Source: Patescibacteria group bacterium (GTDB taxonomy: Bacteria; Patescibacteriota; Minisyncoccia; Phycocordibacterales; SBAW01). From it: a DNA stretch of 64,000 bases. The notes under the pieces were generated by a model that saw nothing but the letters and a program-made list of their open reading frames with translations, did no database searches and was not told where the DNA came from. The position numbers were made by a program, and so were the translations under genes. The stretch lies in contig JAZKAA010000003.1 of the NCBI GenBank assembly GCA_040389385.1, forward strand, positions 39,295 through 103,294. Reading direction: 5' to 3'. Of this stretch, positions 58,908 through 64,000 are shown in pieces (position 1 is the first letter of the stretch; every line of letters begins with the position of its first letter).

Positions 58908-59147
58908 TTAGGCCGCGATACCGAGTTTGCCCGCTACCCTCTCCCTGTCAAACCCGACCATCACCGAGTCGCCCACCACTATAACCGGCACGCCAAGCTG
59001 GCCCGTCATCTGTATCATCTCCTCGCGCTTAGCCGCGTCGGTGGAGACATCGTAGGCGGTAAATTGGACGTTTTTCTCCGCAAAGAAGTCCTTGGCAAGC
59101 TTGCAGAAGTGGCACGTGGGTGTGGTGTATATGGTTACGTTTTGCAT
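58908..59147 (-). CDS. Glutaredoxin-like protein (NrdH/YruB family)
   Basis: TPTCHFC, GVPVI, GFD. Confidence 0.9.
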   Translation of the reverse strand: MQNVTIYTTPTCHFCKLAKDFFAEKNVQFTAYDVSTDAAKREEMIQMTGQLGVPVIVVGDSVMVGFDRERVAGKLGIAA

Positions 59148-59172
59148 AAACCTATTATACCAAATATTGGAT

Positions 59173-59246
59173 TGGTGCGGAATGGGAGAATCGAACTCCC
59201 GTCCTATGCTTGGGAAGCACATGTTTTGCCACTAAACTAATTCCGC
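59173..59246 (-). tRNA. tRNA-Gly(CCC)
   Basis: Cloverleaf, TT-CCC-AA loop, encoded CCA. Confidence 0.93.
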
Positions 59247-59269
59247 AGTATGGTCTCGGCGCTAACAAC

Positions 59270-59662
59270 TTACCACACAAAGAGGGCGTGCCATAGCTTG
59301 CCCCACCAGCCCTGGTCGGAGGCGTCGCCTGAAGTGCTGCTGGCCGCCTGATGCACGACCGTTATCTGACCCTCACCGGGGCGGGCGACTCCATAGCGCT
59401 CGCGCAGCGCTCCCTCTACGCCGCGCGGGGTGCCCAATTCGGTCGCCTCTGTCTCTACCTCGGCGTGGCGCGCCTGGAGCTCGGCAAGGTTCTGCTCGGC
59501 AGCGGCCGATGCAGCCGAGGCTGCGGCAAACTTTTGGTACATACCCCACGCCCCATGGACGGCAAAGTAGGCCAACACCCCCACCCCCACAACCCCCGCG
59601 GTCGAGATAGTCGCGCGTAAGACCTCGGAGCGGATATTGCGGCGCTTTCTAAAATCCTGCAT
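59270..59662 (-). CDS. Septum formation initiator (FtsB/DivIC-like)
   Basis: TM, coiled coil, LRERYGVARPGE. Confidence 0.78.
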   Translation of the reverse strand: MQDFRKRRNIRSEVLRATISTAGVVGVGVLAYFAVHGAWGMYQKFAAASAASAAAEQNLAELQARHAEVETEATELGTPRGVEGALRERYGVARPGEGQITVVHQAASSTSGDASDQGWWGKLWHALFVW

Positions 59663-59682
59663 CTTTGTTATTGTACTACCGT

Positions 59683-59787
59683 ATGTTTGGCAAAAACAGA
59701 GACCGCAATGTCCGCATTGGCAGCATCATCATAGGGGGCGTCGTTATACTCTCGATGGTGCTCTACACCTTTGCGCTGACTTTCTAA
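59683..59787 (+). CDS. Small membrane peptide (34 aa)
   Basis: Manual translation MFGKNRDRNVRIGSIIIGGVVILSMVLYTFALTF. Confidence 0.45.
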   Translation: MFGKNRDRNVRIGSIIIGGVVILSMVLYTFALTF

Positions 59788-61556
59788 TCGCTTTTCACCA
59801 TTTTTAAAAACACATCCTCGGGGATATTGACTCTCCCGCGCTCTTTCATCTTGGCTTTGCCCTTCTTTTGCTTTTCGCGCAACTTCATCTTGCGGGTGAT
59901 ATCGCCGCCGTACATATGCTGGGTAACATCTTTGGACATTGCCGAGAGCGTGCGTGAGGCAAGAATGCGCCCGAGCGCGACCCCTTGTATCTTGGTTGCA
60001 AACATTTGTCTGGGCAAAATTTTGTACAACTTTTCTACCGCGGCCACCGCCTCCTCGTTGGCGCGGCGGCTCGAGACCACACGGGTAAACGCCGGCACCG
60101 ACTCCTCGGCGACAAGCAGGTCAAGCCGTGTTACATCCGCCTCGCGCAGCTCGCGCATCTCGTAGGAAATGCTCGCGTAACCGGCCGAGGCGCTCTTAAC
60201 CTTGTCAAAAAAGCCGCGCATCAGCTCGCGCAGCGGCATCACCACCTTGAGCATCATCCTGCCCTCTGAAAACAAATCAGTCGACTCCAACACAGCCTCG
60301 TGGTCGTACAAAAGGGTGCTCAAGGGGCCCACGTACTCGGCCGGCGCGATAATTTCGGCCTCGACAAACGGCTCCCAGACCTTGGCGACCAATCCGTGGT
60401 CGGGGAATAGCGGCGGCGAGTACACCGTAAGCCGCTTGCCTTGTTTGGTCTCTACCTCGTAGGTGATAGTTGGTGTCGTGACAATGAGTGAGAGATTGAA
60501 CTCACGGCGCAGGCGCTCGGTGACTATCTCCATGTGGAGCATGCCGAGCATCCCACACCGGAAGCCGCGGCCCAAGAGCCCTGACGACTCCTCCTCAAAC
60601 GATAGCGACGAGTCGGAGAGTTTAAGACGCGTGAGCGCTTGGCGCAGCGTAACAAAGTCGTCCTGACTTTCGGGATACACAGACGCCCACACCACCGGCT
60701 TGGGCTCGCCATAGCCGGCGAGCATTGGGGTTTTACTCCCCTTTTGGCGTATCGTGTCCCCCACGCGTGCAAACCCCGCCTCTTTAATGCCCGTTACAAC
60801 ATATCCCGTCGAGCCTGCACTAAGCGTACCGGTGGGCTTGGGCTGAGGCGAAAATACGCCGACCTCGAGCGCATTAAATTGCCGCCCGCTCGCAACAAAC
60901 TCAAGCGCGTCGCCTTTCTTGAGCGTACCCTCAAACATACGCAGGTACACAATGATGCCCTGATGGTCCGAGTATTGAAAGTCAAAGATAAGCGCGCGCG
61001 GCTCTTTGCCCCCCACTTCCTTGGGCGGCGGAACGCGCTCGATAATAGCCTTGAGCACGTCCTCGACGCCCTCGCCGGTGCGTCCCGAGCAGGACAAGAT
61101 CTCGCTCTCCGGAATCTCAAGAAGTTTGGCCACCTGGACTTTAGTATTTTCTACATCTGCCAGCGGCGAGTCTATTTTAGAAATCACGGGCACAATCACC
61201 AGCCCCAACTCGCGCGCCATGCGCAGCGTGGTTAATGTTTGTGCCTGCACGCCTTGGGTCGAGTCCACCAGCAGTATGGAGCCCTCTACCGCGGTGAGCG
61301 CGCGCGACACCTCGTAGCTAAAGTCGATATGCCCCGGCGTGTCGATGAGGTTGAGCTCGTAGCCATCGTACTCCATGCGCACGGGCTGCATCTTAATGGT
61401 GATGCCGCGCTCGCGCTCGAGGTCCATGCTATCGAGTACCTGGTCGCGCATCTTGCGGACCTCGACAGTCTTGGTCACCTCCAAAAAGCGGTCAGCCAAA
61501 GTGGACTTGCCGTGGTCAATATGGGCAATTATTGAAAAATTTCTGATTCCTTTCAT
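59784..61556 (-). CDS. lepA: Elongation factor 4 (LepA)
   Basis: IRNFSIIAHIDHGKSTLADR, GFRCGMLGMLH, YGGDITRK. Confidence 0.97.
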   Translation of the reverse strand: MKGIRNFSIIAHIDHGKSTLADRFLEVTKTVEVRKMRDQVLDSMDLERERGITIKMQPVRMEYDGYELNLIDTPGHIDFSYEVSRALTAVEGSILLVDSTQGVQAQTLTTLRMARELGLVIVPVISKIDSPLADVENTKVQVAKLLEIPESEILSCSGRTGEGVEDVLKAIIERVPPPKEVGGKEPRALIFDFQYSDHQGIIVYLRMFEGTLKKGDALEFVASGRQFNALEVGVFSPQPKPTGTLSAGSTGYVVTGIKEAGFARVGDTIRQKGSKTPMLAGYGEPKPVVWASVYPESQDDFVTLRQALTRLKLSDSSLSFEEESSGLLGRGFRCGMLGMLHMEIVTERLRREFNLSLIVTTPTITYEVETKQGKRLTVYSPPLFPDHGLVAKVWEPFVEAEIIAPAEYVGPLSTLLYDHEAVLESTDLFSEGRMMLKVVMPLRELMRGFFDKVKSASAGYASISYEMRELREADVTRLDLLVAEESVPAFTRVVSSRRANEEAVAAVEKLYKILPRQMFATKIQGVALGRILASRTLSAMSKDVTQHMYGGDITRKMKLREKQKKGKAKMKERGRVNIPEDVFLKMVKSD

Positions 61557-61557
61557 A

Positions 61558-61770
61558 TTAAGCATCCTCCCAAGCACCATTTGAAATTCCAGCCTGTCGT
61601 AAAATTTCTGATATGAGCCCCGCAGAAATATCTCCTTTGTGTTGGTTAGGGATATGTACCTTAAGAGAATCTTTTACCATAAACAAATGACGACCGCCGG
61701 AGTATGGGCCCTCAAATCCAAGGTGGCGAAACTTTTGGACAAGTTTCCGCCAAGATATGTTCCTAGCCAT
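61558..61770 (-). CDS. hicA: HicA-family toxin
   Basis: GGRHLFM, IPNQH..DIS.GL..EILRQAGI. Confidence 0.88.
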   Translation of the reverse strand: MARNISWRKLVQKFRHLGFEGPYSGGRHLFMVKDSLKVHIPNQHKGDISAGLISEILRQAGISNGAWEDA

Positions 61771-62008
61771 TGCGCACGAGAGAGCGACGGTCTGCCTTCA
61801 ACTTTAGCCCCGGTACGGCCTCGTGGTCGCGCACTTTAAGCAGCAACCAATCTTCTAACACCTCGCGCAATTCTCTGCGGCAACCTTCTAAAGTACGAGC
61901 ATCAGCCCACACACCGCGCAGGCCCGGAATTTCGCCAAAATAGGTCTTGTCCTTAAGCAACTTGTACTTTGCCTGGGCAAGCTTTTTCTCCAAAAACTCG
62001 CTTAACAT
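61763..62008 (-). CDS. hicB: HicB-family antitoxin (short, no DNA-binding domain)
   Basis: GEIPGLRGVWA..TLEGCRRELREVLEDW. Confidence 0.85.
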   Translation of the reverse strand: MLSEFLEKKLAQAKYKLLKDKTYFGEIPGLRGVWADARTLEGCRRELREVLEDWLLLKVRDHEAVPGLKLKADRRSLVRNG

Positions 62009-62095
62009 GGACAAACTATACCATACCTCTCCTATTTTTTCTCCTGCCTATTTTACCCTTATTTCTAGCCCTATTTTGTCGCTGTATTTGACACC

Positions 62096-62124
62096 TTGAC
62101 TTTTATGTTGTTTAGGAGTATACT
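62096..62124 (+). promoter_or_regulatory. Sigma70 promoter TTGACT-17-TATACT
   Basis: Upstream of ORF 62168. Confidence 0.65.
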
Positions 62125-62167
62125 TGAGAGGAAAGTAGGCGCTGGCACAACCTGGAGGAAAATAGCC

Positions 62168-62419
62168 ATGACCGACACGACCCGCGTTCCGTTTTCATTC
62201 GAAGGCAAGAACTATGCGTTCGAGTTGCCGGCAAACGGCGACACGCCGCACAACATCGTCCTGCCGGACCTCACACTGCTCGAAGTCGACAGCTGGGTAG
62301 AAGTCCTGCCGCCTGTCCCGGAAGGCATTCGGCGCGCTGCTTCTCAGCCGAAGATTCATTCGCAGGAGCAAGGGGTCCAATACATCCCCGGCACCGTTGC
62401 CGCAGTCGAGCAGAAGTAG
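62168..62419 (+). CDS. Small hypothetical protein (accessory cassette)
   Basis: GGAGG SD; hairpin and T-run downstream. Confidence 0.6.
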   Translation: MTDTTRVPFSFEGKNYAFELPANGDTPHNIVLPDLTLLEVDSWVEVLPPVPEGIRRAASQPKIHSQEQGVQYIPGTVAAVEQK

Positions 62420-62477
62420 TTCGCAGAGCCCTGCGAGGAATAGAGCACCATGCTCACCTCGTGGGGCTTTATTCTTT

Positions 62478-64000
62478 TTACGACTGGACTTCGGTGGTTT
62501 CTATTACTATTGGCTCGGGACGGAGTTTTTGGTGGAGGGTGCGGTACGTTTCGAATAATTCTTGATTTTTTAGGAGGATGAGCACACCCGTTGTGACAAT
62601 AAGGCCCACTATGCCCGCTGCGGCGCCTTGCGCCGCCACGGCGGGCGCGGTGTCGATGTTTACATACGAGCCGGTTGCAGCGAGTACCCAGTACGCCGCA
62701 AAGCCGCCGATAATAGACGCGGCAAAGCTCTCAAAGGATAACTTCCACAGTCCGCTGGCGTTTAATTTAAAATCGCGCTGCAAGTACCACATCCCCACCG
62801 CAAACTCCGCAATAGAGCCAAGCGCCATCGCAAGTGCAAGCATAAGCACGGTCGTACCCGCAATGTCGGAGACGCGCAAGAGCGACTCCAAAAAGTACCG
62901 CCAAAAATGGCTCGCATGAAATGCATCCACCAATATAAGCGCCGAGCCGACCGACACCACCACATCTATAATGCCAAACACAAACGGCTTGCGACTGTCC
63001 CCCGCCGCGTAGTACGCGCGGGCAATCAAAAGAGAAACTGCCTGCGCCAATAGCGCGAGTATAAAGAGCGCCAGCGCCGCGGCCACAAGGCGCGTGGACG
63101 GCCAGTCAAACTGCCCCGCCCCGAGTATCGCGCGCACTAGCTGCGCGCGCAACACGACAACAAACACCATCGCCGGGATAGACCAAAAAATGATATGCCG
63201 CAGCGCGCCGGTAAGATGCTGCAAAAACTCCTCATGCCCGCCGCCGGCAAACAATCGCGAGAGCGTAGGGAATGCCGCCACCGAGTACGAAACGCCAATG
63301 ATAGTCAAAGGCACAGCCTGCAAATTCCATGCAAAGGTAAAAATCGAGATGGAGCCCGCAGAGAGAAACGACGCCAGCGCGACAAGCACCACAAGCGAGA
63401 GTTGGTTAGCCGCCAAGGAGAGCGTACGCGGCACAGAGAGCATCAGTACCTCGCGCAGCGCTCTAAACGAGTCGGCAAAGCGTACGCGCACCGGCCCTGC
63501 AACCCTCTCACCAAAAAAGTACGGCAACTGTATGGCCAAGTGGAGCACCGCCCCGCCGACAACGCCCCATGCCAAGCCCGCGAGTCCATAGTGCGGATAC
63601 AGCCACAGGATGCCTGCGATAATACCGAGGTTATACAAGAGCGGCGAGAGCGAGTAGAGCAAAAAGCGATGCCGCAACTGCGTCAGGTTGGCGACAATGT
63701 TGGATGCACCCAAGAGTATCGGTTGCAAAAGTAAAATGCGGGTCAATATCACCAACATTGCACCGTCCGGACCACCGCTGAGGCCCGGCAATAAGTAATG
63801 GAGCAGCTCCGGCACAAACACAAACGCAATACTGCACACCACCGCCATCGCCGCAAAAAAGTACAACAACATGTGCTCGATAAAGGGCACGAGGCTCTCC
63901 CCTTTAGCCTCGAGCCGCGATATCACCGGCAAGAGCGCATACAAGGACAGCAGCGACGCCACCGTGGCAAACAAGAGGTCGGGGATACGGAAGGCTGCGT
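62478..64000 (-). CDS. murJ: Lipid II flippase MurJ (5' end outside the window)
   Basis: AAFRIPDL at the window edge, SPLLYNLGII, GVSYSVAAFPTL, RAYYA. Confidence 0.92.
   Translation of the reverse strand, partial: AAFRIPDLLFATVASLLSLYALLPVISRLEAKGESLVPFIEHMLLYFFAAMAVVCSIAFVFVPELLHYLLPGLSGGPDGAMLVILTRILLLQPILLGASNIVANLTQLRHRFLLYSLSPLLYNLGIIAGILWLYPHYGLAGLAWGVVGGAVLHLAIQLPYFFGERVAGPVRVRFADSFRALREVLMLSVPRTLSLAANQLSLVVLVALASFLSAGSISIFTFAWNLQAVPLTIIGVSYSVAAFPTLSRLFAGGGHEEFLQHLTGALRHIIFWSIPAMVFVVVLRAQLVRAILGAGQFDWPSTRLVAAALALFILALLAQAVSLLIARAYYAAGDSRKPFVFGIIDVVVSVGSALILVDAFHASHFWRYFLESLLRVSDIAGTTVLMLALAMALGSIAEFAVGMWYLQRDFKLNASGLWKLSFESFAASIIGGFAAYWVLAATGSYVNIDTAPAVAAQGAAAGIVGLIVTTGVLILLKNQELFETYRTLHQKLRPEPIVIETTEVQS

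Overview
A 64-kb chromosomal segment of a reduced-genome bacterium, most likely Patescibacteria/CPR (Parcubacteria-like), using the standard bacterial code. The lineage call is an inference from the gene set and gene order. Housekeeping genes: serS, dprA, topA, relA/spoT, parB, miaA, rpmG, clpB, iscS, infB, rbfA, gyrA, rpsA, pth, lepB, rpsU, ybeY, ftsA, ftsZ, trxB, tsaD, valS, lepA and murJ. Also present: 13 intact tRNAs, one disrupted tRNA-Arg copy, a pilin cluster, a Pro-type T-box and a hicBA pair. I saw no rRNA, CRISPR array, integrase or transposase. Four patterns stand out. (1) A small ArsR-like wHTH gene is bracketed by two 28-bp palindromes (11-6-11), and the same palindrome recurs elsewhere, including in frame inside miaA and tsaD. 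(2) Other hairpin repeats sit in frame in infB (87 bp) and gyrA (39 bp), and one sits in the D-loop of a tRNA copy. (3) Core genes look leaderless, whereas about 20 interspersed accessory genes are self-contained promoter-SD-ORF-terminator cassettes. (4) Those cassettes include nucleotide-synthesis genes and three diverged proteins resembling the alphaproteobacterial cell-cycle regulator CtrA. All family assignments come from motif recognition by eye; no database search was run.
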